NCBI GenBank assembly: GCA_963785725.1
Contig: CAWAWS010000013.1
Location: 1 to 64,000, forward strand
Direction of reading: 5' to 3'
Source: an uncultured delta proteobacterium
GTDB taxonomy: Bacteria > Myxococcota_A > Polyangia > Palsa-1104
Length of the DNA stretch: 64,000 bases
Of the stretch, positions 1-12,990 are shown one piece after another. The notes beneath the pieces are model-generated. The model ran no database searches, was not told the origin of the DNA, and saw nothing but the letters and a program-made list of their open reading frames with translations. The position numbers and the translations under genes were made by a program. How positions within the stretch are numbered: position 1 is the first letter of the stretch; every line of letters starts with the position of its first letter.

Positions 1-1005
1 CGCCGCCGGACGTGCCGGCGTGGACGTAACGATGTTTGACGGCGGTCACATAATATTTGCCGTTGAAGCGCTTGTCCTGGACGTTGACGCTGACGATGAT
101 GCCCGGCTTCATCGACGGATTGCCTTTGCAGATGCCGTCGCCGGTGATGAAGCTCATCAGGCGCTCCTGCAAGATCGACTTGGCGATGTTGTCGGCCTCT
201 TCCTTCGACGACACCGGCGACTCGACCTGGATCTGCAGGGCGCCGAGTGCGTCGCGTCGGCGACCTGCGAGCCGGTCTTGTCGCCGAGCTTCGACGACGA
301 CGGCTTGGCGCTGCCGACGATCTCCTTCTTCTTGTCGTGATCCCAGCCGTAGACGCGCACTTCGGAGACCTGATTGGCCGTCGACAAGCGCGGCATGAAC
401 TTCTCGAGCACGTTGGCGCCCGACAGTCCGAACTCGAGCGTGATGCCGGAGTCGGCATCGATGCGCTTGCGGAAGTTGAGCTCCTTGTCGCTGACGAAGA
501 TCTCGAAGCCGAGCCGCGCGGCGCGCAGCCGCAAGAACTCCAGATCGCTCATGTTGTGCTGATAGACGTGCTCGTACTTCGTCGTCGGCGGCGTGTCGCC
601 GAACTTCGCCGTCAAGCCGTACGCCTGGCAGACTTTGTCGACGATGTCCTTGTCGGTCACCTGCTTGTGCGCCACCGACTTCTTGCCGCGCGTCAGCCGA
701 TGCAGCTGGTTGAGCGCGCGAATGACCACGCGAGCCGGCCCGCGCGAGTCGTAGATCGGCTCGACGCCGGTCACTTCGCCCTTGAAGACGCTGTTCGACG
801 CCGCGCCCTCGACGAAGCCGAGCTTGACCTCGATGTCGTCGCCTTCGTTGACCTGCTCGCTGTAGCGCGTCGAGGCGTTCGACAAGATCACCGACGCCAT
901 GTCCGGCTGATCGAGGTCGCACTCGACGAGGATGTCGTGCACTTCGTCGGCCGCGATCTCCTTGCCGCCGAGGTTGACGGTACAATCGATATGAGACGAC
1001 GGCAC
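1..1005 (-). CDS. eCIS baseplate hub, phage late control gene D (GpD/gp27-like) protein; runs off the window edge; apparent frameshift near 245
   Basis: GpD-like motifs VFKGEVTGVEP, QHNMSDLEFLRLRAARLGFE, VSEVRVYGWD. After a frame change the sequence continues QIQVESPV...GNPSMKPG...FNGKYYVTAVKH, the usual GpD C-terminus. Confidence 0.85.
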
Positions 1006-1008
1006 GGC

Positions 1009-1714
1009 CTAGTCCTCCGGCAACTGCAACGACTTCTTGCGCACGCCGTCGTCGCCGGCGATGTTGCCCGGATCGACGATGTCGTTGTAGGCGGCGATGT
1101 CGGCCCAACGGCCCGCGTCACCCAAGTGCGTCGCGGCGATCAAATCGAGCCGATCTCCGTCGTTGACGTCGACGGATTTAGACGCGCCCGGGCTCTTGTT
1201 GAACTGCTGATCGGTGCCGGTGTCGAGCTTGTAATCGAGCACGTTGCGGATCTTGAGCGTGCACTCGGCGCGAACCGGCGTGCCGTCCGACAGGAACATC
1301 GTGTACTTCTGCGACAGCGACTCGACGACGCCCTTGAAGACGAAGCGGCCCCAGACGAACAAGATCGTCGGCGGTCGATTGTCCTTCTTTTCCTGCGCCG
1401 TCGCCTTCGACGTCAGCTGCTTCTTCATCATCGTCAGCGCTTCGATTCTGACGCACCCACTTGTCGCGCACCGAGACGCGCTCCTCGTAGGTGTCGAACT
1501 GCAGCGTCACGCCGAGCGACATCGGGCTCGGCTGCTTGAACTCGGGGTTGGGCGCGTCCGAGAACGCCTTCTCCGCGTCCCAGCCGACCGACTTGTCGAG
1601 CGAATATTCCTTCGGGTTGAAGCAGACGTCGATGGCCGAGTCGGCGTCGTTGACGCCTTTGCCGTCGCCGTTGCCGGGTAGGACGTAGATTCGCGCTCGT
1701 TCTAGCTTTCCCAT
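1009..1714 (-). CDS. eCIS tube initiator with C-terminal LysM domain (Afp7/Pvc7-like); apparent frameshift near 1447
   Basis: N-part FNPKEYSLDK...LQFDTYE, then PPTILFVWG...FKGVVESLSQKYTMFLSDGTPVRA and LysM GDRLDLIAATHLGD..W..IA.YNDI.DP, spread over two ORFs. Confidence 0.88.
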
Positions 1715-4700
1715 CAGTCACCACTTCTTTCGCGCTCGAGCGTCATGAGCTTTTGGAGCTCGTGGAACGCCTCGCGCGCCAGCTCCTCGATTTCCTGCAC
1801 GGGATTGCCCGTGCCGCCGCCGTGTCCGGCGCCGCCGCCCTGTGCACCATCAGCGCCGCCGGCGGCCGGGCTGGCCGCCGAGGACGTCGGACCGCCGCCG
1901 GCCGGGCTGGCGGCCACTTGCTGCGTCGCCGACGCCATCGAAATGAGCGTCAGGTCGGCCAGCGTCACGCGATCATCGCCCGACGTCGCCGCCGGCTGCG
2001 CGCGCATGGCGGCGACGATGCTGCTGGCCGCCGGATCGGCCGCCCGCGCCGCGACCATCGGCTGCTCCTGCTCGTAAAAGCGTGGCGCCCGCGCCGGTGC
2101 GCGCGTCTCGTCGGAGGTGGCGCTGCCTTCGAGCAGCTTCAAGAACGGGCGCGCCAGCTCGAGCGCGCGCGCGGCCGGGCCATTCAGCGACGGCGACGGC
2201 GCGCGATTCGCGGGCGACGTCGCGCCGCTCTGCAGGCTCGTGGCGGCCGTCAGTCGCGCCGCTTCGCCGCCGAGCGCGCCGACACTGGCGAGCGTCAACG
2301 ACGGCCAATCGTTGGCGCGGCTCGCGCGTGCGCTCGTCGCTGCGACATTCGACGCCGGCGCGCTCGCGGAATCCCGCCGAGGCCGACGTTCGCGCGCCGG
2401 CCGTGGCGCTGGCGCCGCTCGTCGTCAGCATCGCCATCGCCGGCGCGCCGCCGTCACGCCCGCGCGCTGCCGTCGCGCTGGCGCCGGCGGCCGTCGCCAT
2501 CGGCGCGCCGGAAGCGCCATCGAAGTCGGCGGCCATGCTCGGCGCGACCGACACCAGCGAGCGCAAGCCGCCCCACAGCGGCGAGCCGGGCGCGACATCC
2601 TTGCCGCTCTCCGCCATCGTGATCGCCGCCGACGCCGTGAAGTCGTGCGTCATCGTCGCGAAGTCGCCCAGCGTGGGCCACAAGAAGCCGCCCCGCGGCG
2701 CGCGTCCGCCGGGCAAGCGCGCGGCATCGAGCGACCTCACCGAGCGGCTCGCGGCCGGCGCCACCAGCTCCGACGGCGCGCCGCCGCGCAATGCCGCCGC
2801 CGAAACGCGCGGCTCGGCGCTGCCGCCGATCGCGCGCGGCTCGCTCGTCGACGCGGCTGCGCGCGCCGATTCGATCGCGCCGATCGCGAACGAGCCGGCC
2901 AGCGTCGCGGCCTGCCGCGCAGCCGCCGCCGCGGAGCCGATCGGCAGCGCTCGCGCAGACGCGACCTCGGGTAAATGGCTCGCGCCCGCTGCGACATGCA
3001 CGCGCGCCGCGTCGGGCAGCGCCAGCAGCGTCTGCGTCAGCGACTGGCCGCGCTCGGCCGCTGCCGGCCACGTCGCCGCTTGCCGCGCCGCAACCAGCTG
3101 CACGGCCGTCGCCGCCGACGGGAACGTCGCCACGAGCGACCACTCCTCGGCCGTCAGCGCCGGCATCTCCGTCGTCGGACGCATCGCCAGCAACGGTCGC
3201 GGCGCCGGCATGATCGTGTCGGTCGTCGACGGCGCCGCCGCGGCGTTCGCGGCCGACCGCGCCGCATCACCGACGTGCAATGCCGCCAGCCGCGCCGGGT
3301 CGACGAAATCAATCGACAGGCTGGCCGCGCGCACGCCGACCGCGCCACCGAGCTGCTCGGCGCGCACGCCGAGCCCGCCCGGCGCCATCGCCGCCGCCGC
3401 GCTCGACGGCACCAGCGACGCCAAATTCACCCGCGCCGGCGCCCGCAAGCTCATTCCGAACGGCGCCGCATCCGTCGTCGAATCCGCCGCCGTCCGGCCG
3501 CCCGACGCACGCGCCGCCGTCGGCCGCGCAGTCGCATCGTTCGCCGCGGGGCGATCGGGCGTCGCCAACGATTCCGGCGCCACGCGCGCCGTCACCGTCG
3601 GAGCGACCGACAGCTGCGCCGTCGCGCGCGCCGCTTGCACACCGACGAGCGCGTCAAGGAAGCGCGCCAGCCGCGCCGGCCCCGTCGCGGTCTCGACCGC
3701 GCGTGCCGGCTCGGGCGCAATCATGACGTAATCCGCCGCGCGCGCCGTCATAGTCGACGCGCTCGTCGTCGGCGCGCTGGTCGTCATCGACGCCGGCATG
3801 GTCGCGGCCGTGGCGTGCACGGTCGGCTCGCCCCAGGCCGCGCCCAGACGCGCGTCGACGTGCGCGCCAAGCTGCTCGCTGCGCGCCCCTGCCGCACCGG
3901 GCCGCCACGACAGCGCAACCGCCGGTTGCGCCGTCATCGTCGCCGCCGGCGTCATCATCGACAGCGCCGGCATGGCGCGCGACGGTGCCGAGAAGATGCC
4001 ACTTGGCGCGCGATTCGTGCCACTTGGCGTGATGGTCGCGTCGGCCGCGTCGGCGCGAAGGGAGTCGGCCGCGGGAACGAGCATCGTCGCCGTCGGCGCC
4101 CGCAAGCTCGTTGTCGTCGCCGTCGGCGCCGCTGCGGCCGCCGCGACCGGCAGCGCCACGTCTCGCGCGGCTTGCACGCCCACCAGGCGCGCCACGAAAT
4201 CGAACATTCGCTGCGCGACGGTCGTCGGCGTCGTCGCCAGCCGCAGATCGGGCAGCGCCGCGAGCGCGCCCGGCGTCCAGGTCGCGCCGCCGGCGCCGAC
4301 GTTCGCCGTCGTCTGCGACTGCGCGGACACCGTCGACGGCGCGGTCACCATCGCGCGCTCGACCGACGCCGACCGCGCGCCCACCGTCGCGCGCGCGGCA
4401 GTCGTCGAGCGCGTCGGCGCCGCGCGTTCATCGGCAGTCGGCGGCGCGTCGAGCGGCGCGATGAACACGTAGCCCGGGGTCGCGCGCGTCGCCGGCTCGA
4501 GCGGCGCCGTCGCATGCAGCTGCGCGTCGACCCAGCTCGCGTACGACAGCGCGCGCACCAGCGGCGTCCGCGCGACCGCCGTCATCGTCGTCGTCGGGCG
4601 CGCCGCGATATGCAGCGCGAGCGCCTCGGCGGCGCGCACGTCGCCGCCGCCCACACGCGCCGATTCCATCGCGCGGGCGCGCTCATTCGACCCCGCCGCG

Positions 4701-5455
4701 CGCGGGCCGGCTTCGACATTCGTCGTCGCGGCAGCGCGAGCGGCTTGGTCGATCGTCGCCGGCGTCGCCTTCGCCGCGGCCGCTTGCTCGCTCGTCGCGC
4801 GCTGCGCTTGCGTCTCCGCCGCACGATCAATCGTGGCAATCGTGGCAATCGTGGCGGCGGTCGTCGCAGACGTCGCCGGCGGGGCTTGCGTCGCCGCCTT
4901 CTGGGCGTCGGCGTGCTCCGCCGTCACCCGCGCCGCCGTCTCCGCCGCGCGCGTCTGGGCGATCGCCGCGTCGGCCGCGATCGCCGTCGTCCGCGCCGCC
5001 ACCAGCGCGCGCACATCGGCCGCCGCCTGCGCCGTCGCCGCGCGCATGTCGGCCGCGCGTGCCTGCGCGCGCGCGTCATCGGCGGGCGCCGCCGGCAACG
5101 TCACGTTCGTGCGCGCGATGGCCGCACCGCGCGTCGCCGAGCTCGTCGTCGACGGTCGCACCGGCTGCCACGATCCCGCCGCTTCATCATCCGCCGTCGC
5201 GACGACGGCCGGCTCCTCGTACCACGGCCGCGGCACGACCATCGCGCCGCTCCGACCGGCCGCGCGCATCGCCGGCCGCTCGCCCTCGCCGCCCGTCGCC
5301 GCCCAGCTGCCGAGCACGCGATCGGCAAACGCCAGCGCCCGCCCCGCGAGCGAGCGCGCCGGCGCCGTCACCCGACGCGCCATCAGCGTCGCCGAACGTT
5401 CGAACGCCGCGACCGTACGCGGCACGAACAGCGGCATGGAGGCGCGCTCCGCCAT
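1714..5455 (-). CDS. Large (about 1245 aa) Ala/Thr-rich low-complexity eCIS-associated protein; apparent frameshift near 2374
   Basis: ORFs 1973-5455 and 1714-2298 join by removing one G near 2374. TGATG coupling at both ends. C-terminal helix IEELAREAFHELQKLMTLERERSG. Confidence 0.65.
4829..4855. repeat. 9-bp tandem repeat (AATCGTGGC)x3, in-frame, encoding ATI-ATI-ATI
   Basis: Read directly from the sequence. Confidence 0.85.
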
Positions 5456-5973
5456 CAGCCGCCCGACAACATCATGAGGCCCTCGTGCGCGATCTCGATC
5501 GACTCGACGGAGATCTCGTTCTTGGACGCGTCGAAGTCAGGGCCTTCCCACTTGCACACCCAGCCGCTGGCAAACACCCACTTGGCGGCGGCGCCGTTGG
5601 GGCCCATCTGCGTGATGGTGCCGCTGAAGCGATTGGGCGTCTGCCGGCCTTTGCCGCTGTTGCCATCGCCTTTCTTGTCGGCCGCCGTGCTCGAGTCGCT
5701 GAGGAACGACTGGCGCAGCTTCCACAAGACCGACGTCGCCGAGCAGAACCCCTGCTTCAAGACGATGTTGGGGAACTTGGTGCGGCCGATGAGCTTGCGC
5801 GTCGTGCCGTTGAAGCCGCCCTCTTCCACTTCGACGACCGCCGACTCCGACTTCAAGCCGCTGCAGCTGCGAAACGGCAGCGTCGCCGAGTCGCCGAACT
5901 TCGTATCGATCATCAGATCGACGCGGAAGTAGAAGGCACCAAACGATTCGCTGCGCTTTCCCGTCTCGGCCAT
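5455..5973 (-). CDS. T4 gp19-like tail tube protein (Afp5-like minor tube)
   Basis: F.SCSGL.SE..VVEVEEGG.N...KLIGRTKFPNIVLKQG and KWEGPDFDASKNEISVESIEIAHEG motifs. Confidence 0.92.
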   Translation of the reverse strand: MAETGKRSESFGAFYFRVDLMIDTKFGDSATLPFRSCSGLKSESAVVEVEEGGFNGTTRKLIGRTKFPNIVLKQGFCSATSVLWKLRQSFLSDSSTAADKKGDGNSGKGRQTPNRFSGTITQMGPNGAAAKWVFASGWVCKWEGPDFDASKNEISVESIEIAHEGLMMLSGG

Positions 5974-5979
5974 GATTCT

Positions 5980-7755
5980 TTACTCCGCCTGCTGGGGCGC
6001 GTGATCGCCCATCTTCTGCACGACGCTGAAGACGATATATTCCGCGGGAATCACCGGCGCGACGCCGATCTCCATCACCATCTGCCCCGCTTCGCGCACT
6101 TCGCGCGGGTTCGTCTCGATGTTGCAACGCGCGAAATAGGACTCTTCCGGCTCACCGCCGGCGAAATAACCGTCCGCCCACAGCCGCTTCAAGAAGTCGT
6201 CGACGTCGCGCGTGAGCCGTTCCCACGTCAGCGGCTCGTTGTTCTCGAAGACCGCCCACTGCGTGCCCTCTTCCAACGAGCGGCGCAGCATGATGAAGAT
6301 GCGGCGCACGTTGATGTAGCGCCAATCGGGATCCTCGGCCGTCGTGCGCGCGCCCCACAGGCGAATGCCGCGGCCCGGCAGCGCGCGAACGGCGTTGATG
6401 CCCTCCGAGTTGAGCAGCCCGAGGTGATCCTCGTTCATGTTCAACATCAAACCAACGGCGCCTTTGATGAGCTCGTTCGCCGGCGCTTTGTGCACGCCTT
6501 CGGCCCGGTCGCAGCGCGCGTAAATGCCGGCCACGTGGCCCGACGGCGGGCACAGCGAGAACACCGACCCCGCCGAGTCGATCGAAATCCACGGATAATA
6601 GAGCGCCGCGTAGGACGAGCTCAGCCGGCGCCGCCACTTGCGCACCTCTTCGACGTCCTTCGTCGGCGGCGCGTCGAGGATGGCGAAGCGATCTTGCAGC
6701 CGCTCGCACTGATCGATCATCGCATCTTGCACGCGCTGCACGTCGCGATCGGCCTGCGGCCCCGGCGTGCGCTTGTACGCGATCATGATGTCCGGCACCG
6801 ACAAGAGCCCGACCTGATCGACCGCCGCCAGCGCTTCCAGACCGGTGCGCTCGCCGGGACCATGGTCGTAGCCGACGAAATCCTCGGGCGACAGCACTTC
6901 GATGCCGTCGCGACCGCCGACCAGCTTGGCGGCCGGCTCGGCTTGCGGAAGATTGTGCGGCAGCGGCGCCACCGACATGAGATCGGTCAAGCGCACGAGC
7001 TGCGACTCGTCATTGATGATGCGCGGCGCATAGCGACGCGACAGCGGCGACATCTGCAGCCCGCGAAACACCTCGCGCCGATCTTTGAGCGACGCGAAGA
7101 CCTCGAACTCCATGACCTCGAGATACGTGGGACCGGCGGCGCGATAACGACGCACGACCGGCGTCGCCGAGGCCCAACGAATCGTCCGATCTTCGACTTC
7201 GGTGACGACGACGTAGTCGGAGTTTTCGCGATCGTAGACGCGCACCAAGGCGCCGCGCTCGAAGCCTTTGACGCTGTTGACGCGCGCCTCGCCCGAGCCG
7301 ACCTCGAGATCGAGCGTCAAGAGCGTCTTGGCCGCGGTCGTCTGCTGAAAGCGGACCCAGATGTTGTTGCCCCAGCGGCCTTCGTTCTTGGAGGCGACGC
7401 GCAGCGTCGGCTTGTCCCAGCCGTCTTTGACGACGCGCTCGGCGCACGACGCGTGCTCCGGTCCGACTTGCGCGCCGGCGCGCGCGCGATGGGCGATGCG
7501 CACGACGTAACAGGAGCTGCCGCCGTTCAAGAAGAAGCCTTCGACGGCGCGCGCCAAGTAGCTGTCGTTGGCGTGGCCGTAGACGTCGAGAAACTCGTTC
7601 CAGCCGCCGAGCAAGACCGGCTCGTCGAGCGGACCGCGCGCCGCCAGCCCGACGAACCCGGCCACGCGCGTGTCCGCGACGGTGAGCGGCTTGGCCCGCA
7701 CCTCTTCCGCGGCCGGATAAACGCCGGGAGGCCGAATTTCTCTGACCGCTCTCAT
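5980..7755 (-). CDS. Contractile tail sheath protein (long form, 591 aa)
   Basis: PPGVY, AVEGFFLNGG, PPSGHVAGIYAR, GVHKAPANE, WGART, WRYINVRR, WAVFENN. Confidence 0.95.
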   Translation of the reverse strand: MRAVREIRPPGVYPAAEEVRAKPLTVADTRVAGFVGLAARGPLDEPVLLGGWNEFLDVYGHANDSYLARAVEGFFLNGGSSCYVVRIAHRARAGAQVGPEHASCAERVVKDGWDKPTLRVASKNEGRWGNNIWVRFQQTTAAKTLLTLDLEVGSGEARVNSVKGFERGALVRVYDRENSDYVVVTEVEDRTIRWASATPVVRRYRAAGPTYLEVMEFEVFASLKDRREVFRGLQMSPLSRRYAPRIINDESQLVRLTDLMSVAPLPHNLPQAEPAAKLVGGRDGIEVLSPEDFVGYDHGPGERTGLEALAAVDQVGLLSVPDIMIAYKRTPGPQADRDVQRVQDAMIDQCERLQDRFAILDAPPTKDVEEVRKWRRRLSSSYAALYYPWISIDSAGSVFSLCPPSGHVAGIYARCDRAEGVHKAPANELIKGAVGLMLNMNEDHLGLLNSEGINAVRALPGRGIRLWGARTTAEDPDWRYINVRRIFIMLRRSLEEGTQWAVFENNEPLTWERLTRDVDDFLKRLWADGYFAGGEPEESYFARCNIETNPREVREAGQMVMEIGVAPVIPAEYIVFSVVQKMGDHAPQQAE

Positions 7756-7816
7756 CCGCTCAACCTCACCCGAAATGGCTCGTCACTCGCCGGGCCCGTT
7801 GGCTTCGGCGCGCTCG

Positions 7817-7993
7817 TCAGCCCCGTTTCCTGGCTTCGTTGATCTCGCGATTGATGCGCGCGATCTCCCGCAGCCAGATGTGTCGCTCGTCGTGCTCCAT
7901 CTTCAAGATGTCATCGAGCGGCCAGTGAAAGTGGTACGCGATATAAGCTACCTCCTGGTAAATCTGCTCCAGGGGGTAGCTGGCTATCCCCCC
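7817..7993 (-). CDS. DUF6760-like small protein; probable -1 frameshift extension of the upstream chaperone
   Basis: YPLEQIYQEVAYIAYHFHWPLDDILKMEHDERHIWLREIARIN. No ATG/GTG directly upstream of the conserved part; lies in the -1 frame of the upstream gene. Confidence 0.8.
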   Translation of the reverse strand, partial: GGIASYPLEQIYQEVAYIAYHFHWPLDDILKMEHDERHIWLREIARINREINEARKRG

Positions 7994-8367
7994 GAGCCGG
8001 CAGCGCCGCCACCCCCGAGCAAGTCGACGTCGAACTCCGTCTGACACGACGGGCATTTGGCGTGGACCTTGGGCGCGCCCTCTTCGTTGATCCGCCGATA
8101 AAACTCCTGCAAATAAGCCAGGTCCGTCGAGAACAAATTCTCGACGACATCGGTGTCGATGAACTTCAGATCGCCCAGCTTCGAGATCACCCGGCTCAGC
8201 AGGATGATGACGAGATAGGCGCGGTTCGACTGCACGCGGTAGTCCTGCAGCGGGACGATTTCGTCCTTCGCGGTCGCCAGGCGCATCACGCCTTGACGAT
8301 GCAGCACGCCCTCGTTGTCAACGAACCCCTTGGGAAGCGTAAACGGATACTCGGTCTGGAAGGCCAT
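7984..8367 (-). CDS. Tail assembly chaperone of the eCIS (C-terminal CxxC)
   Basis: FQTEYPFTLPKGFVD..G.LHR.G.MRLATAKDEI.PL.DYRV, DLAYLQEFYRRIN, CPSC; usual position after the tube gene. Confidence 0.85.
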   Translation of the reverse strand: MAFQTEYPFTLPKGFVDNEGVLHRQGVMRLATAKDEIVPLQDYRVQSNRAYLVIILLSRVISKLGDLKFIDTDVVENLFSTDLAYLQEFYRRINEEGAPKVHAKCPSCQTEFDVDLLGGGGAAGSGG

Positions 8368-8374
8368 GGGCCAG

Positions 8375-8422
8375 TCCTCTCCGGCGACCGGGCTTTTACC
8401 CGGCCGCCGTCACAAAAGAGGA
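8375..8422 (-). promoter_or_regulatory. Intergenic stem-loop 3' of the major tube gene, with outer pairing over the chaperone RBS
   Basis: Minus strand CGGCGGCCGGGT-AAAA-GCCCGGTCGCCG, plus outer TCCTCT/AGAGGA pairing. Confidence 0.55.
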
Positions 8423-8423
8423 A

Positions 8424-9353
8424 CTACGCGTACGTGCCGTTGTTGTTCGTGAACGTGATCTGCTCGCAGTACATCTCGAACTTGACGCGCTTGATGTTCT
8501 CGCTCGCCGATTCGCTCTTCTCCGGCTTGGCCGAGAAGATGCCGAGGCCCGCGAAGTTGAGCGTGAAGAGCTGCGTCTTCGTGTCGGACGCGAGGTAGAC
8601 GAGCGAGCCCGTCTTCTCGTGACCCTGATCGCAGTTGCCCTTGATCACGAAGTCCTCGTGCCACTTGTAGAACTCGTCGGCGTGCGACTCGGCGACGGTG
8701 ACCACCAAGTTCGGGAACTCGATGTGCGCCGGCTCCTTCTGGAAATCGCGGAACTCGCCGAGCGGGTTGTCCACGACCTTCTGCTTGATCGTGAGCGCCT
8801 CGATCTTGTTGACCCACTTGCAGGCGGTCGGAATTCCGTCGATGGCGAGCGCGAAGTTGGCCGGCGTCCACTTCTTCTGCTGGCCGGTGCCGAGGTCGCC
8901 TTTGATGGCGGCGCCGGTCGCGTTGACCTGCCGGGTCGTCTCGACGGCGAACTTGAGCGACATCTTGGCCGCGTCCTTCGAGGCCGCGTCGAGCGCCGGG
9001 AAGCCGCACTCGGTGATGAGGGCGTTGAAGAAGTTGAGACGCCCCGTCTCCTTGAAGTTGTAGTCGGCGCTGATGACGGCGCCGCTCGTGATGCGCTTGG
9101 CCTGGTGATCGACCGAGGCCTGCAGCCACGAGTAGAACGCGGTGCTCATCGCGGTGCCGCAGTTGAGCGTGATGTCGTCGTACTTCACGCCGGCGATGTG
9201 CTTGTGCCAGATGAGGTCGGTCGCGACTTTCTCGACCACGACGTCAGCCGTGGCGTAACCGCCTTCGCACGACTGAATCCAACCCGCGAACTTGCCATCC
9301 AGATCGAGCGCGTACTTGCCTGCTGTAAATGACCGAGAGTCGCTAGTAGCCAT
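8424..9353 (-). CDS. Tail tube protein with two tandem gp19-like domains (about 309 aa)
   Basis: Half 1: KYALDLDG...VKYDDITL...FYSWL...FPALDAASKDA. Half 2: NFALAIDG...IEFPNLVV...FYKWH...IKRVKFEMYCE. ATG at 9353 after a GGGAGG RBS. Confidence 0.82.
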   Translation of the reverse strand: MATSDSRSFTAGKYALDLDGKFAGWIQSCEGGYATADVVVEKVATDLIWHKHIAGVKYDDITLNCGTAMSTAFYSWLQASVDHQAKRITSGAVISADYNFKETGRLNFFNALITECGFPALDAASKDAAKMSLKFAVETTRQVNATGAAIKGDLGTGQQKKWTPANFALAIDGIPTACKWVNKIEALTIKQKVVDNPLGEFRDFQKEPAHIEFPNLVVTVAESHADEFYKWHEDFVIKGNCDQGHEKTGSLVYLASDTKTQLFTLNFAGLGIFSAKPEKSESASENIKRVKFEMYCEQITFTNNNGTYA

Positions 9354-9371
9354 GATCCCTCCCAAAAGAAT

Positions 9372-9404
9372 CGGGCGGAGGCTCCACCATGAAGCCCCCG
9401 CCCG
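9372..9404 (-). terminator. 14-bp GC-rich hairpin followed by AUUCUUUU, between the sheath and tube genes (terminator, attenuator or stabiliser)
   Basis: Minus strand CGGGCGGGGGCTTC-ATGGT-GGAGCCTCCGCCCG then ATTCTTTT. Confidence 0.55.
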
Positions 9405-9413
9405 TGAATTACG

Positions 9414-10655
<1,242 letters not shown>

Positions 10656-10762
10656 TTCAGCCCCTCCTTCTAGAGTCAGCAGTGCGCCAGGCTGCTGTTC
10701 ACAGGCGCGGTGCCCGTTGCACGCCCTGTGAGATGGTTATCGGCGACCGACTACAAAAGTTG

Positions 10763-11398
10763 CTAGCGTTTCACTTTGTTCAGCTTGTTGAGATCGAAAA
10801 AGCGCACGTCCTTCTCTTGAACCCTGCGAATTTCCACCTCTCCTGCCGGATAGATGGGAACGGTGGTCCAGCACTGAATCGCCGGCTTCATGGGCTGATT
10901 GATCGACGCCCAGAAGCGCGAGAGCACGCCCTCGTCCAACTTCTGTGACAAAGTTAACGGGATAAAGCTGTCCGGCTTCCACGACTCGCCCTTCAAGTCG
11001 GGGCCGCTGATCGTCGGATGCTCGAGCAGCCCTTTGATGGCGCCGCCCATGAGTAGCTGTTCTTCTTCGGGGGTTTGCGCCCACGTCGACACCAGATAGT
11101 CGAGGCGGACCCAGAGCGGCATGTCGCGCGCGACCTCGCGCTGGCGGCCGTCGGGCCCGACCACGGTCTCGATGAACTGACCGGTGCGGTTGGAGCCGAG
11201 TCCTTCGTCGTCGAGCGAGATGTTGTAGAGGTAGACGCAGACGGCGGGGAGCTTGCCTTCGATCGCTTCTTGCTTAGGAGCAGCTACGACCAGGTGAACG
11301 CGCTTGTAGCCGCTCTCCTTGAAGACGTTCTGTAGGAGCTGGCCAACGGACTCGCCGGCCTCCTTGATGACGTGGTGCTGCCCAGACGCCGTGGCCAT
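10763..11398 (-). CDS. DUF4255 / Pvc16-like tail cap (terminator) protein, first gene of the eCIS operon
   Basis: VCVYLYNI, PLWVRLDYLVSTWA...EEQLLMG, FWASINQPMKPAI. Confidence 0.85.
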   Translation of the reverse strand: MATASGQHHVIKEAGESVGQLLQNVFKESGYKRVHLVVAAPKQEAIEGKLPAVCVYLYNISLDDEGLGSNRTGQFIETVVGPDGRQREVARDMPLWVRLDYLVSTWAQTPEEEQLLMGGAIKGLLEHPTISGPDLKGESWKPDSFIPLTLSQKLDEGVLSRFWASINQPMKPAIQCWTTVPIYPAGEVEIRRVQEKDVRFFDLNKLNKVKR

Positions 11399-11536
11399 TG
11401 TCACACCCCCCACACACGCTGCCTGCCGACAAAGCAGGCGCCCCATCATGGGGAAACGAAGTCCCCGAGTCAACCAGAATGACTGCGGATTCTGCTCTTG
11501 CAGGAGCGACGCGTGCTACATTAGAAAACGACAAAA

Positions 11537-12934
<1,398 letters not shown>

Positions 12935-12990
12935 TCGCGCTACGTCTTCGCGCCGATTGCGCGCGACTCCTCGACTGCTAAAGTCATTCG

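Noticed and set aside
2082..7842. Long plus-strand ORFs (549, 985, 927 aa) and similar antisense ORFs across the window
   Set aside because: Shadow frames of GC-rich coding DNA, with no recognisable motifs, opposite well-supported genes.
10682..10745. Sigma-54 promoter upstream of the short sheath gene
   Set aside because: Only weak GG-N10-GC matches, expected by chance at this GC content; an imperfect TCACAGG/CCTGTGA hairpin is present but unassigned.
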